A stretch of DNA of 31,478 bases from a virus. Its lineage: Duplodnaviria; Caudoviricetes. Position numbers and translations under genes: made by a program. The stretch is taken from the IMG/VR virus record IMGVR_UViG_3300044580_000469, positions 1 to 31,478 of that record. One strand, 5' to 3'. The stretch's first letter is position 1. Each line of letters begins with the position of its first letter. The notes beneath the pieces were generated by a model, which did no database searches, was not told the origin of the DNA, and saw only the letters and a list, made by a program, of their open reading frames with translations. Of the stretch, positions 16,197-25,894 are shown piece by piece.

Positions 16197-16885
16197 TGCC
16201 AGTCTATACCACCCTGACCGAATTGGGCTATTGGCTGCCCGACAATCTGCCGGCGACGATCACCACCACGCTGAAAACCGCCATGATCGCCAATGCCAGC
16301 AGTCAGATTGATGCGCGGCTCACCCGTTTCGAGCTGGCCTACAATTCTGGTACCCAGAAATTCCCCGACGTCACCGATTCGCCGGCCACGCCGGCCAATA
16401 TCAATGAAATCTGCCAGATGCTGGCGGCGTCGTTGATCTATGTGATTCTGAAGGAGATCAACAAATCCGAATACAAACAGGGCGAACATCTGCGTCAGTT
16501 GGCTTATGACCGCCTGCTCGAAATCAATCACTACAAAGAGGCTGTCTATCTCAGTGATGGCACGAAAATTGAACCCGCCGCCCACATCTACCATACCAAA
16601 GCCAATGCTACGCCGGTGATTCGCGCCGGCTTGGGGACTTTCGATTATATCGTTGGCTATGAAAGCGTCGGCGTCAATACATCCGTTGCCGTCACGCTCC
16701 ATACCTATGCCTTTGTGAATGCGACCAGCCTGCGCATCGAGCACGCCCTGGGCTATTCGCCGGAAATCTGGATTCTCGACAATGACGGCAATGTCATTAC
16801 TGCCGAAATCAAGCATGCCGCCGACCATTCTTATTTCACCATCACCTTTTCCGAAGCACAAAGTGGGACGGTCTATTATCGATGA
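16196..16885 (+). CDS. Head-tail adaptor (Mu gp36-like) with extra C-terminal beta domain
   Basis: YTTLTEL...IANASSQIDARL...INEICQMLA helical adaptor pattern; position. Confidence 0.7.
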   Translation: MPVYTTLTELGYWLPDNLPATITTTLKTAMIANASSQIDARLTRFELAYNSGTQKFPDVTDSPATPANINEICQMLAASLIYVILKEINKSEYKQGEHLRQLAYDRLLEINHYKEAVYLSDGTKIEPAAHIYHTKANATPVIRAGLGTFDYIVGYESVGVNTSVAVTLHTYAFVNATSLRIEHALGYSPEIWILDNDGNVITAEIKHAADHSYFTITFSEAQSGTVYYR

Positions 16886-17319
16886 TCACTACTCGTATAT
16901 ATACTCAGGAAGCCACTCGCCAAATCCGGCAATTCATTGCCCGGCGCACCAATCTCATGCCCGCGCTGAAAGAATTCGGCGTCCTGATGATCAATCGCAC
17001 CATGCAGACATTCGACCAATTAGCCTATGGTGGCACCTACCGGGGCGTCACCTGGGCGCCATTTTCCCGCAATTACGTCCGCCGCCCATCCGGGAAAAAA
17101 GTCACCCCCCAATCCAAACTTCTGGTCGATACGGGACAATTGCGGGCTTCGATTGCGACGGGCATACGGATCACCCCGAAAGGCTTGCAACTCTTCACGA
17201 CGAAAAATTACGGTGCCGTCCAGCAGAAAAAGCGTCCTTTCCTGTTTTTCGAACCAGTTCGCGATCCCGACGCACTAAGAAGCATCATCGTCAATTATTA
17301 CAGGTCCCACCATGGCTGA
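16882..17319 (+). CDS. Virion morphogenesis / tail completion protein (Mu gpG-like)
   Basis: WAPF, LLVDTGQLRASI, YGAVQQ, RPFL motifs. Confidence 0.82.
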   Translation: MITTRIYTQEATRQIRQFIARRTNLMPALKEFGVLMINRTMQTFDQLAYGGTYRGVTWAPFSRNYVRRPSGKKVTPQSKLLVDTGQLRASIATGIRITPKGLQLFTTKNYGAVQQKKRPFLFFEPVRDPDALRSIIVNYYRSHHG

Positions 17320-17773
17320 CGAATATAACGAGCTCGAATCCACTATTGTCGCCGCGCTAAAAGCCGATAGTTTTCTGGGCGATAGCGCCAACGTCGCCGA
17401 GATCGCCGAGAAATTGACGCCCAGCTTCGAGAGCCTCTATGCGCATCAATTCCCCAATATCGGCGTCTTCGTCACCGGCGAAGATGCCATTCAGGACATC
17501 GACCAGGCCTATTACCAGCGCAGCTACAACGTCGTCATCCAGATCGCCTGTCAGGGCGGCTATTCCGCTGTGTTGGATGCCCAACTGAAGCGGATCATGG
17601 CGGAGGTCGTGCGTTTCCTAAATCAAAATAATCGGGAAGATACCCGTCTTGGAGATGAGGACATCGTCGCTATTCAGGTGCTCAGCACCGACGTCAGCGT
17701 CAATTTCGAATTTGATATTGCAAGCTATTACCTCGGATATGTCAATTGCAAAATAATCAAAAATCAAACTTAA
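17312..17773 (+). CDS. Putative tail terminator
   Basis: Acidic, about 150 aa, directly before the tail tube. Confidence 0.6.
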   Translation: MADEYNELESTIVAALKADSFLGDSANVAEIAEKLTPSFESLYAHQFPNIGVFVTGEDAIQDIDQAYYQRSYNVVIQIACQGGYSAVLDAQLKRIMAEVVRFLNQNNREDTRLGDEDIVAIQVLSTDVSVNFEFDIASYYLGYVNCKIIKNQT

Positions 17774-17783
17774 GGAGGAAATT

Positions 17784-18209
17784 ATGGCATTAGATTCAAC
17801 AAAATGCTATTACGGCCCGATCGACATCGCGATCAAAGCCGGGGGTACAACCAATTTCACCCGCTCGGGCTTGAAAAGCGATGCCCTGAAATTCAGTGCC
17901 GAAACCAAAGAGGGCAACCTTGTGCTCGAAGACGGCAGCGAAAAATTCTGGAAAGAAGGGCGCAAGCTCGTGCTGGAGATTACTTTTCAGGAAATGGACC
18001 CGACCGCCACTACCGGCGACCTGGCCAAAATCGAAAGCTCCAGCAACGATACCATCGAGCTGACCATTCGGGAAAAATCGAAAAAAATCACGATCAGCAA
18101 TCCGGATTTCATCGTGACCAATATCGACGAGAATTTCAAGACCCATATCAAAATCATCAAAACCGGTGACCTGACCAAGGCCTGGTCTGATCTGATGTCA
18201 ATCGCCTAA
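17784..18209 (+). CDS. Putative tail tube protein
   Basis: Strong AAGGAGG RBS; beta-rich; canonical position. Confidence 0.6.
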   Translation: MALDSTKCYYGPIDIAIKAGGTTNFTRSGLKSDALKFSAETKEGNLVLEDGSEKFWKEGRKLVLEITFQEMDPTATTGDLAKIESSSNDTIELTIREKSKKITISNPDFIVTNIDENFKTHIKIIKTGDLTKAWSDLMSIA

Positions 18210-18223
18210 TAGTGAGGTAGCCA

Positions 18224-18847
18224 ATGGCTCTGACAACTTCCAAAGTGCTCTACGGGCCTTTCAATCTCAGCCTGAAATCGGCCACGCCGACCGAAATCTA
18301 TGGCTTGACCGGCCTGCGACCGGACGCGCTGAAATTCACCGTCGAAACCAAAGAAGGCTCGATCGTGCTCGAAGACGGCAGCGAAAAATTCTGGAAAGAG
18401 GGACGCAAGCTGACCGCCGAAATCGTTGCCACCCAACTGGATGCCAAGCACGGCACGATCACCGCCGTTGCGGATGCCGGCGGAGGCAAAATTACCATCA
18501 CCTCGGCCAGCCATGGCCTTTCGAACGGTGACTATGTGACCATTTCCGGCACGACCAGCTATGACGGCTGGTATCTGGTGAGCAACGTCGCCGAAAACAC
18601 CTTTCAGGTGACCAAGACCTACGTCAGCTCGCAGACCGGCGCCTGGGCGCGCAGTATTCATACCGACATCGAGCGCTCTGAAATCGTCACGGTGGAAATC
18701 TATCTGCGCGAAAAGGACAAGACCATCACGATCGCCAATCCGGACAGCATCAAAGTCAATCTCGAAGAAAATTTCAAGATGCGCATCGTGATCCAGAAAA
18801 CCGGTGACCTGACCCAGTTCATGTCTGACCTGATGAGTGTGGCATAG
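18224..18847 (+). CDS. Tail tube paralog with inserted beta domain
   Basis: Shares DALKF.ETKEG..VLEDGSEKFWKEGRKL and KTGDLT with the previous gene; insertion contains ITSASHGLSNGDYVTISG. Confidence 0.65.
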   Translation: MALTTSKVLYGPFNLSLKSATPTEIYGLTGLRPDALKFTVETKEGSIVLEDGSEKFWKEGRKLTAEIVATQLDAKHGTITAVADAGGGKITITSASHGLSNGDYVTISGTTSYDGWYLVSNVAENTFQVTKTYVSSQTGAWARSIHTDIERSEIVTVEIYLREKDKTITIANPDSIKVNLEENFKMRIVIQKTGDLTQFMSDLMSVA

Positions 18848-18855
18848 GAGGCGCC

Positions 18856-19050
18856 ATGGATGATTTGGTCCTTCTGATCGATCCGGCAGGGAAATTATGC
18901 TGGGTGTCGGCGCATGCCGTTGCCGATCGCCTGCGCAACGGCTGGCAACCGGCTAAAACAGATGCCCGCATAGGGCGCTCTTCTAAAACACGACTAAAAA
19001 CACCAACCACAAAGGATAATGCGTCTAATGCAACCAAAAAGGCCGTCTAA
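18856..19050 (+). CDS. Small hypothetical protein
   Basis: AGGAGG RBS. Confidence 0.55.
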   Translation: MDDLVLLIDPAGKLCWVSAHAVADRLRNGWQPAKTDARIGRSSKTRLKTPTTKDNASNATKKAV

Positions 19051-19507
19051 TTTTGATTTAGAGCGCGAAAAAGTCGCGCCCGATACTCAGACATCATATC
19101 AATACGAGTGGTCAATGCCCCAAAAGGCCTGGTTCCGGCGCGCCAAGCGGGTGAATGCCCGGCTGGAAGAAATCACACTCGGCCAGGAGGTCGAATTGAT
19201 GACACTCCTACGCCGCTATGATTTTGCCACGCTCGAAGACTTCAAAAAGGAGCTGGCGCTGGGCCAACTGCTGGACAATCTGATTCAGAGCGGCGACATC
19301 TACCGCGTTTTCCAGATACTCCTGACACCTCGCCTGACCATCGACCAAATCAAGGCTATGCCGTTCACAGTTCAAGTGAGGGTCATCGGCGATTTTTTCG
19401 TCTTGAATCCCGGGCTAACGATCTTGTTTCGGAGTTTCGTCGCCGGCAAAGAATTTTCCCGGGAGCAACCGAAGAAAACCCCAAACGATTCACCACCGAG
19501 CGATTGA
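19019..19507 (+). CDS. Tail assembly chaperone (gpG-like); -1 frameshift product runs to 19623
   Basis: Precedes TMP; slippery T TTT TTC at 19393-19399. Confidence 0.75.
   Translation: MRLMQPKRPSNFDLEREKVAPDTQTSYQYEWSMPQKAWFRRAKRVNARLEEITLGQEVELMTLLRRYDFATLEDFKKELALGQLLDNLIQSGDIYRVFQILLTPRLTIDQIKAMPFTVQVRVIGDFFVLNPGLTILFRSFVAGKEFSREQPKKTPNDSPPSD
19393..19399 (+). other. Programmed -1 ribosomal frameshift site
   Basis: In-frame X XXY YYZ heptamer; the -1 frame is open to TAA 19621-19623, which overlaps the TMP ATG. Confidence 0.8.
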
Positions 19508-19622
19508 TCATGTTCCTGGCGCTGAACAACCCCGCCAATATTGAAGCCGTCTGCCGCCTGAAAAGAAGCGAGGCCTATTGCTATCTGATGCTCTTGAACG
19601 AAAACCTTAGCTCGGAGACCTA

Positions 19623-21518
19623 ATGGCACAAAACGTTCTGACCCAAATCGTCATCGAGGCGCTTTTCAAGGACCAGGCGAGTCCAAAAGCCAAGGAGATG
19701 GAGAAAAATCTCCAGGATACTTTCACCAAGCTGCGCAATATCGCCGGCGGGCTGGGCATTGCCTTGGGCATGGCGCAGGTAGTCAGTGGAATGAAGTCTA
19801 TCATCGATGAATCGGTCAAACTGCGCAATGAAGCCGCCGCTCTGGAAACTGCCTTTCGCAATCTGACCAAAGCCAAAAATCTGGACGCCGATCTGATGCT
19901 GGGCAAGATGAAAGCCGCCACGCGCGAAACGGTTGACGGCATGACCCTGATGCAACAGACCAATAATGCTCTCCTGCTCGGATTGCCCGTCACCGAAGAG
20001 GATATGGCACTCCTGGCGGAAGCCGGCTACCGGTTGGGCAAGGCGATGGGGTTGGATGCGGCGAAAGGCTTGGAATCCCTGACCGTGGGTATTGGCCGGC
20101 AATCGAAACTCTGGCTAGACAATCTGGGCATCATCATTGACGTCGAAGCAGCAACCCAAAAATATGCCGCAAGCGTAGGAAAAACTGTCGATGAGCTGAC
20201 TGAAGCCGAAAAGAAAACGAGCTTCTATAATGCGGCTCTCGAATCTATCCGATTGAAATTTAAGGATTTAGGTGAGGCCCAACTCGACGAAAAAGACAAG
20301 ATGCAGCAGGCGACCGTGGCCATCAAGGAAGCCCAGATCGCGCTTGGTGAATATTTTGCGCCTGCTATAGGCAAAGCGGCTGGCATGGTGACCACCTTTT
20401 TGCGCTCGCTGATGGATTCGCCGCGGGCTTTTGGCCAATTCATCAATGCGCTCGCCAATTCTTGGACCGAGATCAATCGCCTGGAAGACCTGACCAAGGT
20501 CATTGATAATCTGAAAAAAATTCAGGAAAGTATCTTCAATACAACCGGCACGGTCAATGACCTAAGGGCAATTGCCATTGAATTGAATCGGGTCAAAGGC
20601 TATCTGCAATTGGTACTCACTCCCGCCGAAATGAAAGAGCTGGAAAGATTCCTGGTGATGACACCAAGGGAATTGCAACAGAACGCCCAACAATTCTGGC
20701 TATTCTTCGAAAGGGTATTGCCGGGTGCCCGGCAACGTCTGCAAGAAGCGATCCGGACTCAAGACGAATGGTGGAAAAAACTCGGTCTGACGAATCAACA
20801 AATCAAAGAATTAAAAGGCAATACTGAAGAATTAACTGAAAATGTTCAACAATTATATACCAGCCTCGACAATGTTCAGGAAAAAATTATAATTACTTAT
20901 CGGAATCTTACTCTCATTGAAAAGGGTTGGAAAGAACTGGAATTGGTCGAGCCGATTCAATTGGATTTTGAGTTCGATATGACTACGATCAATCAACTCC
21001 GGGCAGTTTCCAACCTGTTCAATAGTTTTACTGAAGACCTTGGCCAAGCATTGATCTATGGCCAAAAACTGGGACCTGCCATAGTTGCCAGTCTGAAAGC
21101 CATTGCGGCACAATTGATTTCCAAAGCGGCTGTCTATGCCTTGATGAGTTTTTTCACCGGCGGGACCTCGGCTACGGCCGGACTGCTGACCGGCGGGACA
21201 TCCAAAACATTTTTGGGCTATCTATTCGGGGGCGCTTTTCAGGGGGGCGGCAATCCACCGGTGGGCGTGCCCTACCTCGTCGGCGAACGCGGGCCTGAAT
21301 TGCGGATCGACCGTCAGCCCGGGACTATTCTGCCCAACCAAATTTTCAACCTGATGAACCAAACCGGTGTGGAGAAGGCGGTCGAACGCCTGCGAATGGA
21401 TATACAGGACACCAACCGGTTGTTGATGAATATGAAATACACCGTCCGTATCGGTGACAAGGAAATCTACGCCAGCCATGAACGCGAAGCAGAGCGTATT
21501 CGGAGGGTTGCGTTGTGA
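19623..21518 (+). CDS. Tape measure protein
   Basis: Long, helical, Ala/Leu-rich; LDNLGI and GG...YLVGERGPEL motifs. Confidence 0.92.
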   Translation: MAQNVLTQIVIEALFKDQASPKAKEMEKNLQDTFTKLRNIAGGLGIALGMAQVVSGMKSIIDESVKLRNEAAALETAFRNLTKAKNLDADLMLGKMKAATRETVDGMTLMQQTNNALLLGLPVTEEDMALLAEAGYRLGKAMGLDAAKGLESLTVGIGRQSKLWLDNLGIIIDVEAATQKYAASVGKTVDELTEAEKKTSFYNAALESIRLKFKDLGEAQLDEKDKMQQATVAIKEAQIALGEYFAPAIGKAAGMVTTFLRSLMDSPRAFGQFINALANSWTEINRLEDLTKVIDNLKKIQESIFNTTGTVNDLRAIAIELNRVKGYLQLVLTPAEMKELERFLVMTPRELQQNAQQFWLFFERVLPGARQRLQEAIRTQDEWWKKLGLTNQQIKELKGNTEELTENVQQLYTSLDNVQEKIIITYRNLTLIEKGWKELELVEPIQLDFEFDMTTINQLRAVSNLFNSFTEDLGQALIYGQKLGPAIVASLKAIAAQLISKAAVYALMSFFTGGTSATAGLLTGGTSKTFLGYLFGGAFQGGGNPPVGVPYLVGERGPELRIDRQPGTILPNQIFNLMNQTGVEKAVERLRMDIQDTNRLLMNMKYTVRIGDKEIYASHEREAERIRRVAL

Positions 21519-22900
21519 CCGCCTGGAAAAATGAACTGCTCACCAAACTACTCGAGGACCCATTCGAAAATTTTTCAGAAATCTACGACCAGGGCCTGTT
21601 TCAATTCTCTGCCAATGAAATCGACCTGAAATTCGAATTGTCACAGTTCGACCAGATTCAATATGATGACACCATCAGGCTGGAAAAGAACGGGGTAATA
21701 ATCAGCGGCTATGTCAAAACTCGCAAGCGCTATCCCCTGGAACTCTATGGTGTCATTGGCCTGCAGAACGATATGATCATCGCCCGGAGAAATGTCCGCC
21801 GAATTCAGTGGGCGGAATCCACAACTGCCCGCTGGATGACGCCGGCGGAGATATTGCGAACCATCAACGCCGGCATTTTCGGGCAATTGAATACCAATTT
21901 CGGCAGCTGGCCCCAGCTGGCCGTTCCCACCTATAGCTACAACAACTATTCGGTACCTGGTTTTCTCGCGGTGAGCTCCGAAATCTACGCCTACGATCAA
22001 TACAAAAACGAAGAGCCGCGTTTCTGGAAAATCAAAGTTTCAATCCAGAAAATCGTTGGCGGCTATTGGACCAAAACATGGCTATATGATCGCAAAGCCC
22101 ATTGGTTGACTGATAATTGGGATGCCTATTCAGGTAGTGTCAGAGAAGATTCTACGCTCTGGAAAAAAATTGACGACCCCCAACCGCCAAAATCTGAAAT
22201 CATCGGCAAGTGGATCGAACAAAAAACCGCTCTGAGCCAATTCTATTCCAATCTTTTCAGCAAAATCTATTGGGATGTTGAGAACAGCGCTTGCATTTTG
22301 ATCCGCGCTTCGAGTTTTCTACTCGATTACCAATTGCAGATGATTCATGTCAAAGATTATCACGGTATCAATTTCACCGAACTGTATTTCAACATCGATG
22401 AGCAGCCTATTGCCAATATCCTGTCGGATTTGTGCTTCCTTTTCGGCTCATTTTTCACCGTCAAGGAATTTAATCTGCTATATGTCAGCAGCCTGACGAC
22501 GGGAATCAACACAATTGACATCGCCAATTATCACCATTACGTCCTGGATTATACTCAGGAGGTGAAGAGTGCCGCTTATCAAGATTACCAGCTGAAAACT
22601 GTCGGCATCGATGGGGGCAATGCTTTCGGGATTGGTGAAGACCTGGTCGCGGCGCTAAATAATTATTATCGCAAGAATTATACGGCCGTTTTGGAGACGA
22701 AACTGAAAATATACCGCTGCAAGAATGAATTCGGGAAAACCGATCTGCCAATGATTCAGGTGAACGACAGGCTGGTCGATGGCAATTATGATTTCGGGCG
22801 GGTGATGACGATAGATTACTTGGAAGAGGGGCGGGTCTACGGCCTGACCTGCCACCGCTATTTGTCTTCGAATATTTTCAATCAATGGTGGACGATATGA
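21515..22900 (+). CDS. Putative tail tip protein
   Basis: GTGA overlap with TMP; aromatic/beta-rich; assignment by position only. Confidence 0.5.
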   Translation: MTAWKNELLTKLLEDPFENFSEIYDQGLFQFSANEIDLKFELSQFDQIQYDDTIRLEKNGVIISGYVKTRKRYPLELYGVIGLQNDMIIARRNVRRIQWAESTTARWMTPAEILRTINAGIFGQLNTNFGSWPQLAVPTYSYNNYSVPGFLAVSSEIYAYDQYKNEEPRFWKIKVSIQKIVGGYWTKTWLYDRKAHWLTDNWDAYSGSVREDSTLWKKIDDPQPPKSEIIGKWIEQKTALSQFYSNLFSKIYWDVENSACILIRASSFLLDYQLQMIHVKDYHGINFTELYFNIDEQPIANILSDLCFLFGSFFTVKEFNLLYVSSLTTGINTIDIANYHHYVLDYTQEVKSAAYQDYQLKTVGIDGGNAFGIGEDLVAALNNYYRKNYTAVLETKLKIYRCKNEFGKTDLPMIQVNDRLVDGNYDFGRVMTIDYLEEGRVYGLTCHRYLSSNIFNQWWTI

Positions 22901-23370
22901 GCGTTTTCGGGAATAATGTACCTCAAATCAATCTGATTCATTTGGATGCCAATAATGCGATGACCGTAGTTTCTTCGATTATTCTGCCGCGTCCTCAGTC
23001 GCGCACGCATGACTACAAGGAAGAAATCAAGGTGATCAAGAATTATGAGGGCGCGATCTTGCGTCAGGACGTGAAGTATCGCTTCCAGACGACCTTGCGG
23101 TTTGTCAATTTGTCTGCTGCGGATTTCGCCAGTCTGGCGACTATTGCCAGCTGGAACGAAGTGATCCATTTCTATCCCTCGTCGGATGTTTCATACTACA
23201 TGGAGCCGGTGAAAGTGACGGGATTTCATCCTTTTCATGTGAACAATCTGGTCCATTATGATGGCGTCGAAATCAGTTTTCAGGGGACCATCCCCAAGCC
23301 CAAAATTGTGACGCCAGATAGCCTAACCTTAGGAAAATTAAGAACTTCAATTCAAGTAATAGAAGAATAA
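22885..23370 (+). CDS. Putative minor tail (Dit-like) protein
   Basis: Size, beta pattern and position (ATG 22897 possible). Confidence 0.45.
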   Translation: MVDDMSVFGNNVPQINLIHLDANNAMTVVSSIILPRPQSRTHDYKEEIKVIKNYEGAILRQDVKYRFQTTLRFVNLSAADFASLATIASWNEVIHFYPSSDVSYYMEPVKVTGFHPFHVNNLVHYDGVEISFQGTIPKPKIVTPDSLTLGKLRTSIQVIEE

Positions 23371-23382
23371 TAAGGAGTAACT

Positions 23383-24468
23383 ATGTCAGCAAATTTTTCA
23401 GTCACGATGATCGATAGCTTGGGCAATGCTCTGCCCGGGCTGGACGTTGATCTCTATGCCGGCGACGGCACAGGATCCAAAACGGGTGACTTCACCGACA
23501 ACGGTGACGGCACCTACAAAATCACCGTAGCCGCAAGTGGGAAATATACCGTGAAAGTTGGGGGCGTGATCCAAACGGAGCTACAAAATATCTACATTCC
23601 GGCCGATGATCTGCTCACTTCGGCCAGTGTAATCAATGACCTGACGACCGGCGGAACGACCGTGCCGCTCTCGGCTGAGCAGGGCAAGACCCTGAACACA
23701 ACGAAGATCAATGTCAGCGACATCGTCAATGATCTAACCACCGGCGGCACGAACAAGCCACTTTCAGCGGAACAGGGCAAGGTGCTGAACACAACGAAAA
23801 TAAATATCAGTGATATTGTGAATGATCTGACGACCGGTGGAACGACCAAGCCTCTCTCGGCGGAACAGGGCAAAACCTTGCTGGCGAAAATCGGTGATTT
23901 GGATTTTACGGGCCCTTTGTTGGGAAATGAAAATGTTACATCTGCAACAAAGGGAATTCAATTGGTTGCCAACCATATTATCAACCTTTGGAAAGCATTC
24001 ACAAACGGGACAGACATTCTACTCCGCCGAATCGTGTTTGCAGATCGAACTATTGAGGTCTCCTCGGGTAGTGAGGCAGATAGTTTACCGGTATATTTAG
24101 AAGCATCAATAAACCCCAAGGTAAAAGTGCGTTGCATCTATAATAGAAACATTGTCGATAACGCGCTCGTCTTGACGGGTCAACTTTACCATATCCCACC
24201 GAGTAGTAGCCCTACTGATACTGCCAGAGTAACCCTGGCCCTATACTATGACGGTGTTTTAGTTGATTCTACCACCAAGGATAGCGCTTACACCGATGAA
24301 TCCGATTTAAGTCTTCGTGAATTCACACTGCAATTGAATACAACGGGATTGGAAATCGGCCGCTCTTACGAAGTGCGCATTTCATTGAATCTGGTCAATG
24401 GCGCATCTAGTACAACCGCAGCTATGAGTTCTTTGATCCTTGAGGTCAGAGGGGGCTCCGGAGAATAA
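23383..24468 (+). CDS. Tail fibre protein
   Basis: Three copies of NDLTTGGTxxPLSAEQGKxL; N-terminal TDNGDGTY Ig-like domain. Confidence 0.8.
   Translation: MSANFSVTMIDSLGNALPGLDVDLYAGDGTGSKTGDFTDNGDGTYKITVAASGKYTVKVGGVIQTELQNIYIPADDLLTSASVINDLTTGGTTVPLSAEQGKTLNTTKINVSDIVNDLTTGGTNKPLSAEQGKVLNTTKINISDIVNDLTTGGTTKPLSAEQGKTLLAKIGDLDFTGPLLGNENVTSATKGIQLVANHIINLWKAFTNGTDILLRRIVFADRTIEVSSGSEADSLPVYLEASINPKVKVRCIYNRNIVDNALVLTGQLYHIPPSSSPTDTARVTLALYYDGVLVDSTTKDSAYTDESDLSLREFTLQLNTTGLEIGRSYEVRISLNLVNGASSTTAAMSSLILEVRGGSGE
23635..23880 (+). repeat. 93-bp (31-aa) coding tandem repeat, three copies (last partial)
   Basis: AATGAYCTRACSACCGG at 23635, 23728 and 23821. Confidence 0.92.
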
Positions 24469-25091
24469 TGGGCTATTGGCTCGATGATGTAATGAACGGA
24501 ATTCTGAAAGGTCTGGACGGCTGTGGTTTAGTCCGGCTGGATCGAAATAACGGCGTTCGGCTTCCCGATGCTCAATCTCCAGCATCATTGGTGGATCATA
24601 TCGCCAACACCGCCAATCCGCATGCGGTGACAGCGGCTCAGGCCGGAGCGGCAGTGAACAATCATACCCACAAGACACGATCGTTGATTTTATTCGGTTA
24701 TAAAGATGAAATCATAGCAGTTGAAGAAACGGTCGTGGAGTGGGCACGAACGGTTGACGGTATTGGCAATGAATATGGTTACCGCATGCTTCGAGCGGGA
24801 AAAGTTACTGGTATTTCTTGTGTATATAGTTGTATCAATGTTGGGGGTGAATCTACTCTTACCATTGAGATATGTAAGAATGGGATAGCCACAGATGTAA
24901 AATTAACTGGAGCAGTGACATCTACTGGGAATGGTTTGGGCGTATATAAGCTGGATAATTCCTTTTCATTTGAGGCATCTGATGTTATTAGCGCAAAAAT
25001 TACATTGTACAATGATGTCGGTGGCGTTAGGGTCTCATGTTTTTCTATTGTTGCGGAAATTGAATTCGAATCTGATACCGAGACGGCATGA
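24468..25091 (+). CDS. Tail fibre / receptor-binding-like protein
   Basis: HIANTANPHAVTAAQAG and NHTH fibre motifs; beta-rich C-terminus. Confidence 0.65.
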   Translation: MGYWLDDVMNGILKGLDGCGLVRLDRNNGVRLPDAQSPASLVDHIANTANPHAVTAAQAGAAVNNHTHKTRSLILFGYKDEIIAVEETVVEWARTVDGIGNEYGYRMLRAGKVTGISCVYSCINVGGESTLTIEICKNGIATDVKLTGAVTSTGNGLGVYKLDNSFSFEASDVISAKITLYNDVGGVRVSCFSIVAEIEFESDTETA

Positions 25092-25888
25092 AACGAATTG
25101 TTTGTATTGCAGATTTGCATTGTGGCCACCGGGTTGGATTGACGCCGCCGGATTACCAGTTTTTCGGGAAAAATCCCGAGCATCAATATAATAAGTGGTA
25201 CCGGATTCAGCAGGAGTGTTGGAATTGGTATCAGCGCAAGGTGAAGCAACACGAAGGGCCCGATATTCTGGTCGTCAACGGCGACCTAATCGATGGCCGT
25301 TCGGAAAAGTCGGGTGGCGTCGAGCTCATTTCCATCGATCGCAATGAGCAGATCAAGATGGCGGCGGATTGCATCAATATCTGGAAAGCCAAGCACGTGG
25401 TGATTGTGCGGGGCACGCCCTATCATGCCGGTGAATTCGAATCGTGGGAAGACCTGGTTCTGCCGTTGATTCAATGTGATTCAGTCAAGATCGGCGATCA
25501 TGAGTGGATCAATGTCGAGGGGGTAGTTTTTGATTTCAAGCACCATGTCGGCCAGAGCATGGTGCCGTATGGGCGCAAGACTGCCTTGACCCGTGATCAG
25601 ATTTGGAATACAATCTGGGCAGAAGCCGGGATGCAACCGCGCGCCGACTGGATTGTGCGCTCCCACGTCCATTATTCGGAAGGGGGGTACCGTCAGGTAG
25701 GGCGCCGCGAAGTCTGGGCGATTACAACGCCCGCCCTGCAGGCAATGGGTTCACGGTATGGTGCCCGGCGTTGCAGTGGTTTGGTTGATTATGGTTTTGT
25801 TTGGTGGAATATCGAAAGGAGGAAGATTATTTGGGATCGCGAAATCGCCTTCATATTATCACAAAAAGCAAGCGCGCTCAAATTCTGA
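25088..25888 (+). CDS. Calcineurin-like metallophosphoesterase
   Basis: ADLHCG, NGDLIDG, RGTPYH, KHH, SHVH motifs. Confidence 0.88.
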   Translation: MKRIVCIADLHCGHRVGLTPPDYQFFGKNPEHQYNKWYRIQQECWNWYQRKVKQHEGPDILVVNGDLIDGRSEKSGGVELISIDRNEQIKMAADCINIWKAKHVVIVRGTPYHAGEFESWEDLVLPLIQCDSVKIGDHEWINVEGVVFDFKHHVGQSMVPYGRKTALTRDQIWNTIWAEAGMQPRADWIVRSHVHYSEGGYRQVGRREVWAITTPALQAMGSRYGARRCSGLVDYGFVWWNIERRKIIWDREIAFILSQKASALKF

Positions 25889-25894
25889 GGTGTT

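Noticed and set aside
5544-17773. Mu-like transposable phage
   Set aside because: Head genes are Mu-like, but no DDE transposase or MuB is seen, and an integrase with attP is present
21515-25091. DGR or invertible tail-fibre shufflon driven by the extra recombinases
   Set aside because: No reverse transcriptase, no TR/VR pair, no inverted fibre cassettes or flanking inverted repeats noticed
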